A stretch of DNA of 64,000 nucleotides from Mobula hypostoma (taxonomy: Eukaryota), in contig NC_086107.1 of NCBI RefSeq assembly GCF_963921235.1, positions 100,752,001 through 100,816,000 of the forward strand, given 5' to 3'. How positions within the stretch are numbered: the stretch's first letter is position 1; the number at the start of each line of letters is the position of its first letter. The notes under the pieces were generated by a model, which saw nothing but the letters and a program-made list of their open reading frames with translations, had not been told where the DNA came from and ran no database searches. Positions 53,711 to 64,000 of the stretch are shown piece after piece. Position numbers and translations under genes: made by a program.

Positions 53711-54254
53711 TTAGCAGTGTCCCTCAGATTTTTGCTTATCTCAGTCATGTTCCCTTCTATTTTGTTCTGAGAAAAACAAAGCCAGCCTATCCAGTGTCTT
53801 TCTGATGGAATGAGTTCTTCCAACATTCCAGCAATTTTTTTGATGCCAGATTTCAGCATCCGTTGTCTCTTTTGCCTTCTTGACATGTTAATCACTCTTC
53901 GTATTGTCACTCAGGCTATCCAGTTTTAAGACTGACAATAAGCCAGAGATTTTCCAAGGTACGTACTGATACCAGAGCTGTCTTACTCTGCATACTCTGC
54001 ATATTCAGTTCCTTCAGCCTCTGGCTGTTTTAATTGGTTAACCATCTAACTGAAAATGTATTTCTCTCCCTCTTTCCTCCCCCCACCATCCCATGCACTG
54101 TTCACCTCCATATCTGACTCATTTGTTTGCCATTCCCTTTCCTCTTGATCATCGCTTACTGCCTTCTCTGCCTCTGCCTCTCTGTTGCCCACATCCACAA
54201 CCTTTATCAGTCCATCTTGCTCACCTCCAAAATAGAAGTCTTCCAGAACACCGA

Positions 54255-54620
54255 GTCCAAATCTATTGAATATTAAAAGGCTTAGACAGAGTGGGTGTGA
54301 AGAGGATATTTCCTATTTTGGGGGAGTCTAAGACCAGAAGGCACAGCTGCAAAATAGAAGGACATCCCTTTAGAACAGAGATGAGCAAGAATCTTTAACC
54401 AGAGGGTTGTGAATTTGTGGAGGTGAACAAAGATGGCTGTGGAGGCCAATTAATTAGGAATATTTTAAGTGGAGGTTGATAGGTTCTTGATTAGTAGAGG
54501 CATCAAAAGTTATGGGGATGAGGCAGGAGAATGGGGGTTGAGAGGGATAATAAATCGGCTATGATCAATTGGTGGAGCAGACTTGATGGGCCGATGGCCT
54601 GATTCTGCACCATTGTCTTA
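54255..54620 (+). mobile_element. CR1 3' end (mirror at about 51500-51860)
   Basis: Homologous to 39740-40110. Confidence 0.75.
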
Positions 54621-54714
54621 CGGTCTTTTCATAGGTGAGATGTTTCATGCTAAGAAACATCCTGGACTCTTTCCTGTGCAATCATTTCCTTCGTATATTG
54701 AGAAAACCATATGG

Positions 54715-55010
54715 GTGCGGCAGTAGTGTAAGTGGTTAGCGTGACACTAATACAGCTTGGGGCCTTCCAGAGTTTGGAGTTCAATTCTGACACTTCTATA
54801 AAGGGTCTCTCTGCATCCACCCTGTAGAATGCATGCGTGTTCCTAGGGTGCTTTAGTTTCCTCCCACAGTCGAAAGATGCACCAGGTAGGTTAATTAGTC
54901 ATTGTAAATTGTCCCATGATAAGGTTAGGGTTAATCTAGGTTGTTGGGTTGCTGGGGCGGCGTGTCTCGAAGGGCCAGAAGAGCCTACTCTGTGCTGTAT
55001 CACTAAACAA
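54715..55010 (+). mobile_element. V-SINE (mirror at about 51110-51405)
   Basis: V-domain ttcctagggtgctttagtttcctcccacagtc. Confidence 0.75.
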
Positions 55011-55071
55011 ATAAACAAACCAGAACTGCCTGTAGTACCCCAGTTGTGACCTAATGGTTTATGAAGTTGTA

Positions 55072-55560
55072 CCACAATCAGCTCTTTCATCTTACTGACA
55101 TTGAGTGCCAGGTTGTTGCTGTGGCACCACTCCACTAGTTGGCATATCTCACTCCTGTACGCCCTCTCGTCACCACCTGAGATTCTATCAACAATGGTTG
55201 TATCGTTAGCATATTTATAGATGGTATTTGAGGTGTACCTAGCCACGCAGTCATGTGTACTTACAGAGTAGAGAAGTGGGCTAAGCACACACCCCTGAGG
55301 TGCGCCAGTGTTGATTGTCAGCAAGGAGAAGATGTTATCACCAATCTGCACAGATTGTGGTCTTCCAGTTAGGAAGTCGAGGATCCAATTGCAGAGGGAG
55401 GTACAGAGTCCCAGGTTCTGCAACTTTTCAATCAGCATTGTGGGAATGAAATGCTGAGCTATTGTCGATGCAGCATCCTGACATAGGTGTTTGTGTTGTC
55501 CAGATGGTCTAAAGCCCCACGGAAAGCCATTGAGATTGCATCTGCTATTGACCTTTGTTA
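55072..55560 (-). mobile_element. Rex1/Babar-type RT fragment (mirror at about 50560-51045)
   Basis: [39 protein letters not shown]. Confidence 0.88.
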
Positions 55561-55724
55561 CATGCGAAGTATCTGGAACTATCCAAAAGATGAGATATCA
55601 TTTTCAGTAACACAATTTTGTGTTTTTTTTTGTCACTTATCTGGTTGTTCCATAATGCTGTGTCTGTTTACAGAATCACAGAATTATCTGTTAAACTTGC
55701 ATTTTACATCTAATTATTCATTTT

Positions 55725-56015
55725 ATTTACTTTGCAATATGTCACGCAGTTGGACCTTCTGGCCCCTTGAGTCACGCTGCCTCCGGGTCCCTACAACCCC
55801 AATTAACCCTAACCTAATCACGGGACAATTTATAATTAACCTACCTGGTATGTCTTTGGACTGTGGGAGGAAACTGGAGCACCTGGGGAAAACCCAGCAT
55901 TCTACGGGGAGGGTGTACGGACTCCTTACAGACAGCACTGGAACTGAACTCTAAACTCTGGAATGCCCCGAGCTGTGGTAGCATTGTGCTATCTGCTACG
56001 CTACTGTGGCACCGA
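55725..56015 (-). mobile_element. V-SINE (mirror at about 50105-50395)
   Basis: tttggactgtgggaggaaactggagcacctggggaaaaccc. Confidence 0.8.
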
Positions 56016-56289
56016 AATTAGGTGCCTGAAACCTAACAAATCTTTTCAAACACCAGAGTTATTGTTCACAAACTATCACTTCAAAGGCTCCATGACTTTA
56101 GCTTTTCCCTAAAATCTTACAGAATAGTTTCTTTATTTACTATTAATGTAACAAAGTAAAAACAAATTATTTCTCATTGTTAACCAATGAATCAGTGATT
56201 TGTAAAGCTACATTGAGGGTGCTATTGAGAATGACAAATGTTAAAAGATCCGATTCACAAATTGATCCACTGTTATTTGTATTTTACAG

Positions 56290-56415
56290 TTTACTGACGA
56301 TAATGATGCCTTTCGCAAAGCCTTGAAAGATGAGGAGAAAAGGAGGAAAAAAGAAGATAAGAGGAAGGAGCTTCGAAAAGGGCCAAGGATTACAAAGACA
56401 AGATCTGAATTATGA
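56290..56415 (+). CDS. CCDC134: CCDC134 terminal coding exon ([41 protein letters not shown])
   Basis: ttttacag| acceptor, 41 codons + TGA; matches the remembered human C-terminus (..[34 protein letters not shown]) with a KDEL-like end; AATAAA at 56622 and 56789 downstream. No upstream exons found in the window. Confidence 0.9.
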   Translation, partial: FTDDNDAFRKALKDEEKRRKKEDKRKELRKGPRITKTRSEL

Positions 56416-57871
56416 CCCACTGAGCAACATGACAATTGTTGAGACTGTTAATATACTGCTGACTGGAGCTGCTAGAAATCTGTCACTGGCACCTATACAA
56501 GACTGAAGAAAATACTTTTAGCATGGCAGTAGCCCTTATGGATTTGCTGTCAATACCGCTGCTACCTTTAATTGAAAGAAGCAATGTCATTATCAAACCC
56601 GCATTTGTTTTGATTCATATCAATAAAATGGGTTTGAATTATTGAATGTAATCCCTGAAATGATGGTAACAATCCCAGAATCTGAGTTTAAAAGGCTTTG
56701 AGTTCTTCCATTACTGTTAAGTAATGAACCTTAACAGTACCAACTCAATTGTGCATTATAAGTTGAACTGCTGGTTTTCCAATTTGAGAATAAAATGCAG
56801 GAGTTTAAAAATATAATCCTAAGAACTGGTTTAAAATTCATCAGTCCTGTGCGATATACACAGAATTGCACTCAGAGGTGGACCTTCCATCTCTATGGTC
56901 ACCAAACACTATATTTTTATTAAATTAATGAACAAAAATAGTATATCTATACATCTCTCCTCCTATAAGATATTCTGCAAAATTTATATTCTATTATCTC
57001 TTTGTATTTTAAGTCAAATTCTGCTTCATAAATTCCTGTTATGCCTCTTGGAATGCATATAAAGAGTTCATTCATTCATTCATTACCTTTTGAAGAGCCA
57101 AATAATCTTTTTTAAAAAAAATGTCGTCTTGGGAAATAAAATAACATAAACACTTAATGCTGCCAACATTCATTCCAGAAAGCAAAGGCTTGAGGTGTTG
57201 GTCTGTAGGAATAAAAACAAAATGTTGGAAAAACTCAGCTGGTCAAGTGGCATCTGTAGAGAGAGAGAGAGAGAGAGAAAGAAACTTTTTTCAGGTCAAT
57301 GACCTTTCATCAGAACTAGAAAAAGTTAGAAAGAAAATGTTCTGAATTGCAGAGTGGGGGTAAGAATAGAGGTTTAAACTCTGTTACATATATCTTCTCT
57401 TCATTCAGCCTTTCCTACAACGTGAAGTATGCTTTATTTCCAATTCTTCCTCGTTATGATGATGGGTCATTAACTCTTTCTCTTTAGATGTCTCTTCATC
57501 TGCTGGGTATTTCATTTTCTGTTTATTCTCTTTTATAGATCCCTCCATTATCCTACTCTATATCTCTGTTCCTTCATCAGCCCTACAATTGTCGAAGATT
57601 TCTATGCTCCTCCATTGGCCTCTTTCATGTACACAGTTGACTTCAGTATGGCTATGGCTGACTTGAACTTCTGGCAGTTATTACGGATACCACTTTACCT
57701 CTCCACTTTTGAGATGTTCTTTAAGATCTACCTCTGTTCTGATATGTGGTTGTGACAATTTTTGATTGGTAATATTCCTGTGTAATGCCTTGGAATATAG
57801 GTTGCCACGTAAATGCAGGTTATTGTTGCAGCTGCTTGAACACAAATTCAAGACCGCAAACAGGAGAAAAA

Positions 57872-58320
57872 CCACACTCAGGTTGGAGGAACAACACCTT
57901 GTATTCCATCTGGGTAGCCTCCAACCTGATGGCATAAACATTGATTTCTCTAACTTCTGTTAATGCCCCTCGTCCCCTTCATACCCCATCCCTAATTTTT
58001 TTTCTCTTTCCCTCTCACAATAACTCCTTGCCTGTTCTCCATCTTCCTCTGGTGCTCCCCTCCCTCTTTCTTTCTTCTAAGGCCTTCTGTCCTATGATAC
58101 TCCCCCTTCTCCAGCCTTGTATCCCTTTTGTCAATCAACTTCCCAGCTCTTGGCTTCATCCCTCCCCCTCCTGTCCTCTCCTATCGTTTCGGGTCTCCCC
58201 CTCCCCCTCACACTTTCAAATCTCTTGCTATCTCTTTTTTTCCGTTAGTCCTGACGAAGGGCCTTGACCCGAAATGTCAACTGTACTTCTTCCTATAGAT
58301 GATGCCTGGCCTGCTACGTT
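57872..58320 (+). mobile_element. Penelope-like 3' fragment (mirror at about 47795-48245)
   Basis: TLRLEEQHLVFHLGSLQPDGINIDFSNF, pyrimidine-rich tail, hammerhead motif. Confidence 0.85.
58246..58283 (+). ncRNA. Family A hammerhead motif (mirror copy at about 47833-47870)
   Basis: TAGTC-CTGACGA-A-GGGCCTTGACCC-GAAA-TGTC-AACTG at the end of a Penelope-like fragment. Confidence 0.65.
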
Positions 58321-59899
58321 CCACAAGTTCAAGGAACCTCTTTAGTTGTCTTTGGAATTTCTGAGCATGATATCAATCTAACTAAAAAGTGCTTATCATG
58401 ACTGTTTTCAGGGCATCTCCCAGGTGTGAGAGAGGTATCTTAGTGCTTGGGTAAAGAAATAGATCTGTAGTAAATACAACAAATTTTATTATTTGCTAAT
58501 ATTTGTGAGAATATGTGGGGCTGAAGGGTTAAAGAATAAACATGTCACTCATGAGATTGATAAAATGAAATTTTTATGTTGTCACACATTTTATTTTCAG
58601 AATTTCACATCTTTTTATAGGTACCTTAAACCCTTTTTATTTTTTGCCATTCACTGACTGCATCTCATTTGTTAAGCCCTCTTGCCAGTATGTTGGGAAA
58701 GAATGACACAGATCTGTCATCAAAACTTGTATTTGAGACCCTTTGTTTGATTTACCTTGGTCCAGGTTTCCAAAAAATCTGGATTTGGAAAATATTCCAG
58801 CTTTGTAAGCTTATATGGCGCTTTTTATAGGTTAACCATGAAGGTGAAAATAATATGTAAAATGGTTTCAGAGCAGAGGTGGGAATTGCTATGGAAGTAG
58901 TCTTAGACCCAGATACAAAATTGGGTTTCCTCTGGGTGCTCCTGTTTCCTCCCACATTCCAAAGACATACAGGTTAGTAGGTTAATTGGACAGTGCAGAC
59001 TCATTGGGCTAGAAAGGGCTAGTTACCATGCTGTATATCTAAATAAAAAAATAAATTAAATTTTTTTTTTAAATATCCTAAGATATTTTATGTGGAGAGA
59101 ACGTAGAAATGGTTAGGGGGAGAAATGCTGGAAAAAGAGTAGAAGCCAGACACAATGTGTTTGGTTTCTTATGGTTGGTCTTAAGACAAAAATAGTACTG
59201 TGGAGGTAACCAAAGGGCTGAGAAGACTTGGCAAAGAAGAAAGTTAATATAGAAGCTAACCTCGATGATATTGCCAAAGTGCAGCAAAAGGGAAAGATGA
59301 GGACACAAAACAAATATAGTAGTTAGTAGTGAGGTTTCACTAACTGGTCAACACTTGAGTTTTAGAGTAGGAGGGATAAGGAATTAAGTGAAGATTTTCA
59401 ATAGGTAATTATGTATTGTAATGTTAATTGGTACTAATGTTTTCATTAATTATATTTCAGGTGATTGAAAGAGTAGTTAAATATTTTGAGATGATACTTC
59501 ACTGATGTCAGCAGACTAGAGATTATCAATCAGCGTCACTAAAACAGATCCTTTGATAATTATCACATGGTGGTTTTGAGAAGTTTATGCAAAATTCTGT
59601 GATGCATAATTTATTTTGGGGTAAACTGTTCAGTGTTTATTTGTGATTCAGCTCAGGGAAGTTTGTCTTTACTCAGTATCACTAAAATTGAATATTTTTG
59701 GTTATTAAATGCTTCAACTTTTAAGTGCGGTTAAAATGACCAATGTGTGCCAGATCACAACTCACAGTGCATAGCAGAAGAGTGCTGCAGTTAATAGTGT
59801 AGCTTCATTACACAGCACCTGCAGTGTGGTGTTTTCCCTGGAGTTCACATGTACTCTCTGTCATCCTGGGTGCTCAGATTTTCTCCCATAGCCAAAAGA

Positions 59900-60650
59900 C
59901 CAATTTAATCTTGACAAATTCAAGCTGATGTATTTTGAAAGAAGGCAAACTAGGGTAGGATCCTAGAGCGTACTAATGAACAGAGGGACTTGGTTGTCAA
60001 GTCCATAGTTTTCCTGAATTGGATAAGGTGGGGAAGAAGGTATATGGCATATTTACATTAACTAGCCATGGCATACAATATAAAAGTTGAGACAATTTGT
60101 AACAACATCATATAAACATTGGTTAGACAATATCAGGAGTATTGTGTACAGTTCTGGTCACTACACTATAGGAAGGATATGATTGTGCTGGAGAGGGTGT
60201 GGAGGATATTCGCCAGGATGTTGCCTGGAATGGAGCATTTCAATTGAAAGGAGACTGGGTTTGTTTTCCTTTGAATTGAGCAGGCTGTGATAGCTAAAAT
60301 TATGAGGGGATAGGGAGGGTAAATAGTAAAAATCTTTTTCCATAGTGGGAGTATCCAGGACAAGAGTCTGTAGGTTTAAAGTTAGAGACTCGAAGTTTAG
60401 AGATGACCTGAGGGAGGGTTTTATTTCTTCCAGACCATATAGTCTGGAATGTGCTGTTTGGAGAGTTACTGATGGCAGATACTCTCATATTTAAGAAATT
60501 TCTAGATAAATATTTGAATCGCTGAGACATAAAGTTATAGGCCTGATGTAGGTAAATGGGATGAATGTAAATAATCCCATAAATAATGTACAGCAGGTGG
60601 CATAGATATGGTGAGCTGAAGGTCCTTTTCCTGTATGACTATGATGTACA
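59900..60650 (+). mobile_element. Degraded CR1 3' part (mirror at about 45460-46200)
   Basis: YKTLVRQYQEYCVQFWS; LERV.R.F.RMLPG. Confidence 0.75.
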
Positions 60651-62351
60651 GTTTGCTAAGTTAACTTCCCTCAGTTGTTTAGGAGCACCATCTGGGAAAA
60701 TCTTCCTTCCTCATGAACTTTATTCTTTTTTTGACTTGTCTTTCACTCATGATTTTTAATCATAACTGAAGTTTGATGTTTCTATTTGATTAAGATGTTC
60801 ATTGCACGTGCATTCCCTGATTTTCCCCTTTACGATTGTTAGATTTACCTCTCTGTCCTCTTCACTAAATGTACTGTATTAACTTCCTTTTACCATCTGT
60901 TCAGATTATTTTAATGGTTACTAACTTTGGTTTCAAGATTACAACATCTCATATTCTAATGCCTCTCCAAACTTCCCTCCTTGCCATTTCTGGTAATATT
61001 TACAACTGATAGATCAATGTGTTCAAGACTTAAAACAAAATCGAATGGTTCAGAAGTCCCTGGCATTTGAAGACTTACAGTGCAAGGTTTGGCTGGGATG
61101 GTTCTCCTTGGAGGAAAACAATTAAACTCACCTCAAGATCAGGGGCGTATTTAAAATTTTTGGCCAAATGACAATGGGGAATTGTGTGGAAAAATGTTTT
61201 TACATCATGATCTGAAACTTCATGGAAGCAATCAGACTCTACAATGTGGCATTTGACAGACACTTGATAGAGAACATTTTCAGGCTTTTGTGAAGCAGCA
61301 GGAATCTAGAGCAATTTCATTAGTCTACTTAACAGCAGGCAGAAATACTTCCCTGAACTACTACCAATGTTGTAGTGATTCTCCTGTTATCCTTGTACTT
61401 GTATGCTATGATGATCTGTATTTTAGTGGTAGTATCTTGTTATTGCTAAATTGGTAGCCATTTTGGAAAAAAAAAACAGCAAGAGGTGCTTTATTAACAC
61501 ACAAGCGAGTTCTGGCCATTTTTATAAAATACAGTCTCTTAAGCTGTATCTCCTGAGTGTCAAGAAGTGTTCAGTGCAGTAAAGGTGCTGTATCTATCGC
61601 AAATCCAGTGATGCAGCTTCAATTTTGAGCTTGTGTGAATGTAGTCTGAGTTTGAGTTTCTATAAGATGTTCTAGTTTCCTCACACATTCCAGAAGTGTT
61701 CTTATTGATTTGCTACTGTAGAGAAAAAAGACATGTTAGGAAAAAGCTATGTAGGGGTCGTTAGAGGTGGTGGGAGCAAGAGAAATGGGACCTTTTTTCT
61801 GTGCTCATAGTCATATGTAACACAGGGACGGGCATGGAAAAAAGTAGTTGACATTTCGGGTTGAAACCCTTTGGCAAGACTGACATTTATTTTAATCTCA
61901 TTTGGTCCAAATACCGGCATCTGCACTTAACCATCTTTCTCTTTTAATCACATTTGTAATTACCATTATAAGTCAGTGAATTCAATGTTTTTTTAGACAT
62001 GTACTTTGCTGATATACTACTTTGTTTGGCATATATCCCTCCAAATCTTTCCTATCCTAGTAAAGCAAGTCCTTCAGTCTTAGCAACTTACACGAAATGC
62101 TGGAGGAACTCAGCAGGCCAAGCAGCATCTATGGAAAAAGAGACTAATCGACGTTTCAGGCTGAGACCCTTCATCAAGACTGGAGAAAAAACGAGGAGTC
62201 AATGTTTAAAAGTGGTGGGGTGGGGGAAGAGAGTGATAGGTGAAAATGTGGGGAGGGGGCGATGGGTTTGAAGTAAAGACCTGGGGAGTTGATTGGTGAA
62301 AGAGATACAGGGCTGGAGAAGGGGGAGTCTAATAGAGGACATATATATATA

Positions 62352-62575
62352 ACACATCACGCGGAAAGATGAACTAGAAAAACTCAGACTCTCTGGAAAG
62401 ATTGAGGGGAGCAAACCTAGAGGAAGACCTTGGCTTATGTACATCAAAAGCATAGCCAGGTGGCTACACATCGAGGAAATGGAAGTCATCCAAAAAACGA
62501 AGGATAGATCTATATGGAAAGCCATGGTCACCAAAGTCCGCATCGGATAGGGTACCTAGACAGACAGACAGACTT
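62352..62575 (+). mobile_element. RTE-clade LINE extreme 3' end with (AGAC)n tail (mirror at about 43520-43740)
   Basis: HITRKDELEKL.LSGKIEGSKPRGRP..YIK..DRSIWK. Confidence 0.65.
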
Positions 62576-62824
62576 TGCTGATGCTATAGTACCAAGAATA
62601 AACCACTGCCTCACGACAATGGAGGCCTGGTTTCTATCCCCAACTCATCAGGTGCTGTCTGTGTGGAGTATACATGCTCTCCCTGTGACACTCTAGGTTT
62701 TCCATAGAGTGCTCCAGTTACATCCCAAAGAGGTGCAGGTTGGGTGGTCAGTAAATTGCACCAAGTGAAGACTGAGGGAGAATATGCTATGGGGAAGTAA
62801 AGGATGTATTGGTTCAGACTGAAG

Positions 62825-63370
62825 GAACAAGATCTCCCAGTGACCACCCATTTTATTTCCACTTCTCATTCTGACATGTCCATCAATGGTCTCCTCTATT
62901 GTCCTGATGAGGCCACACTCAGGTTGGAGGACCAACATCTTGTATTCCATCTGGGTAGCCTCCAACCTGATGGCATGAACATCAATTTGTCGAATTTCTG
63001 GTAACTGCCCCTCCTTCACCATTCCCCATTCCCATTTCCCTCTCTCACCTTATCTCCTTACCTGCCCATCACCTTCCTCTGGTGCTCCTTCCCCTTTTCT
63101 TTCTTCCATGGCCTTTTGTCCTCTATTAGATTCCCCCTTCTGCAGCCCTGTATCTCTTTCACCAATCAACTCCCCAGGTCTTTACTTCAAACCACCCCAC
63201 TACCCCCAGCATTTTCACCTATCACTCCCCCCACCACTTTTAAACATTGACTCCTCGTTTTTTCTCCCGTCCCGATGAAGGGTCTCAGCCCGAAACTTCA
63301 ACCATTCTCTTTTTCCCATTGATGCTGCTTGGCCTGCTGAGTTCCTCCAGCATTCCGTGTAAGTTGCTAA
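62825..63370 (+). mobile_element. Penelope-like 3' fragment (partial mirror at 42836-43265)
   Basis: QDLPVTTHF..SHSDMSI..EDQHLVFHLGSLQPDGMN; degenerate hammerhead at about 63269-63302. Confidence 0.85.
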
Positions 63371-63649
63371 GACTGGCTTTACTAGGATGGGAAAGATTTG
63401 GAGGGATATATGCCAAACACAGGCACATGTTCAAGTGGCCAAATGGGTGAGTATAGACGCGATGGGCCGAGGGACCGTTTCAATATGACTCATAGACCTC
63501 GTGGGCTGCATTCTTATAAATAAACTCCCGGAAATTAAAGGGCAATCTTGTAATGTTGCCACAACTTCCCCCATTGCTAAAGATTTACTATTTCTATATA
63601 ATCTCTATTCTATATTAACGTGCTTTACAAGATAATAAGACGCCCCAAA

Positions 63650-63930
63650 CTGAAGCTCCCAGAAGGCGGCCGGCGAGCGGCCCGTCACCATGACGACTCA
63701 TCATGACGCCGCATCACCCCATCAGCCGGAGCGCCAGCCCATTGGCCCGCCGGCGTCTCGTGTTCTGGGTAACAACAAACGGTCGCTGCTCGCGCCACCG
63801 TTCGAGCAGCATACGCGCGGAAAGGGGGCGTCTCCGGCCTGTGACGTCACCCCGGAGCAAGATGGCGGCGCTGTCAGTGAGGAAGTAGCATCGGCGCAGG
63901 GAATGGCAACAATGAAGCCCGAAAGTAGGA
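63650..63930 (+). promoter_or_regulatory. CpG-island promoter / first exon region, probably SREBF2
   Basis: Abrupt CpG enrichment; SRE-like ATCACCCCAT 63713-63722, inverted CCAAT (ATTGG) 63741-63745, CRE TGACGTCA 63842-63849, YY1 motif CAAGATGGCGGC 63858-63869. SREBF2 identity is inferred from the SRE/NF-Y module and its position downstream of CCDC134. Confidence 0.75.
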
Positions 63931-64000
63931 GATACGCCAAATTATTTTTTTGAGAAAGGGGTGGGAAGAGTCACCATTTCATTATTACATTCCCAGAAAA

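Larger units (their letters stand above)
42836..63256. repeat. Giant inverted duplication: arms 42836-53053 and 53067-63256, 13-nt spacer
   Basis: Centre reads aactcaaatactc-gataacttccatt-gagtatttgagtt; the ORF track is mirrored (e.g. 52210..52455+ / 53665..53910-, 50680..51219+ / 54899..55438-). Confidence 0.98.

Noticed and set aside
54920..54945. TTAGGG-like telomeric seed (aaggttagggttaa)
   Set aside because: One or two units that belong to the V-SINE body; not an array.
86..63953. Long ORFs in the six-frame track (e.g. 971..1540, 18398..18817, 50164..50631, 63690..63953) as standalone genes
   Set aside because: They are antisense or alternate frames of retroelements, or GC-rich chance ORFs, with no splice structure or recognisable host protein.

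Overview
Vertebrate, intron-rich and repeat-dense genomic DNA. The repeat content (V-domain tRNA-SINEs, CR1, Rex/Babar, RTE, Penelope-like, Tc1) suggests a cartilaginous fish (inference). Most ORFs in the supplied track are transposon fragments or chance. Host genes, all on the + strand: (1) eight internal coding exons of a TOM1/TOM1L2-family VHS-GAT adaptor gene (7792-33983), which splice in frame; (2) the terminal coding exon of CCDC134 (56290-56415, ending RSEL*); (3) a CpG-island promoter at about 63650-63930 with an SRE + inverted CCAAT module, probably the start of SREBF2. A 200-N gap (42636-42835) is flanked on both sides by fold-back inverted duplications. One has arms of about 0.62 kb. 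The other is a 20.4 kb palindrome (42836-63256, 13-nt spacer at 53054-53066) that mirrors the CCDC134 exon. Both look like assembly artefacts. The most notable non-obvious signal is a dozen or more minimal type I hammerhead-ribozyme motifs of two distinct families, carried by Penelope-like element ends and often arranged as inverted pairs. Repeat boundaries are approximate; exon coordinates were counted base by base.
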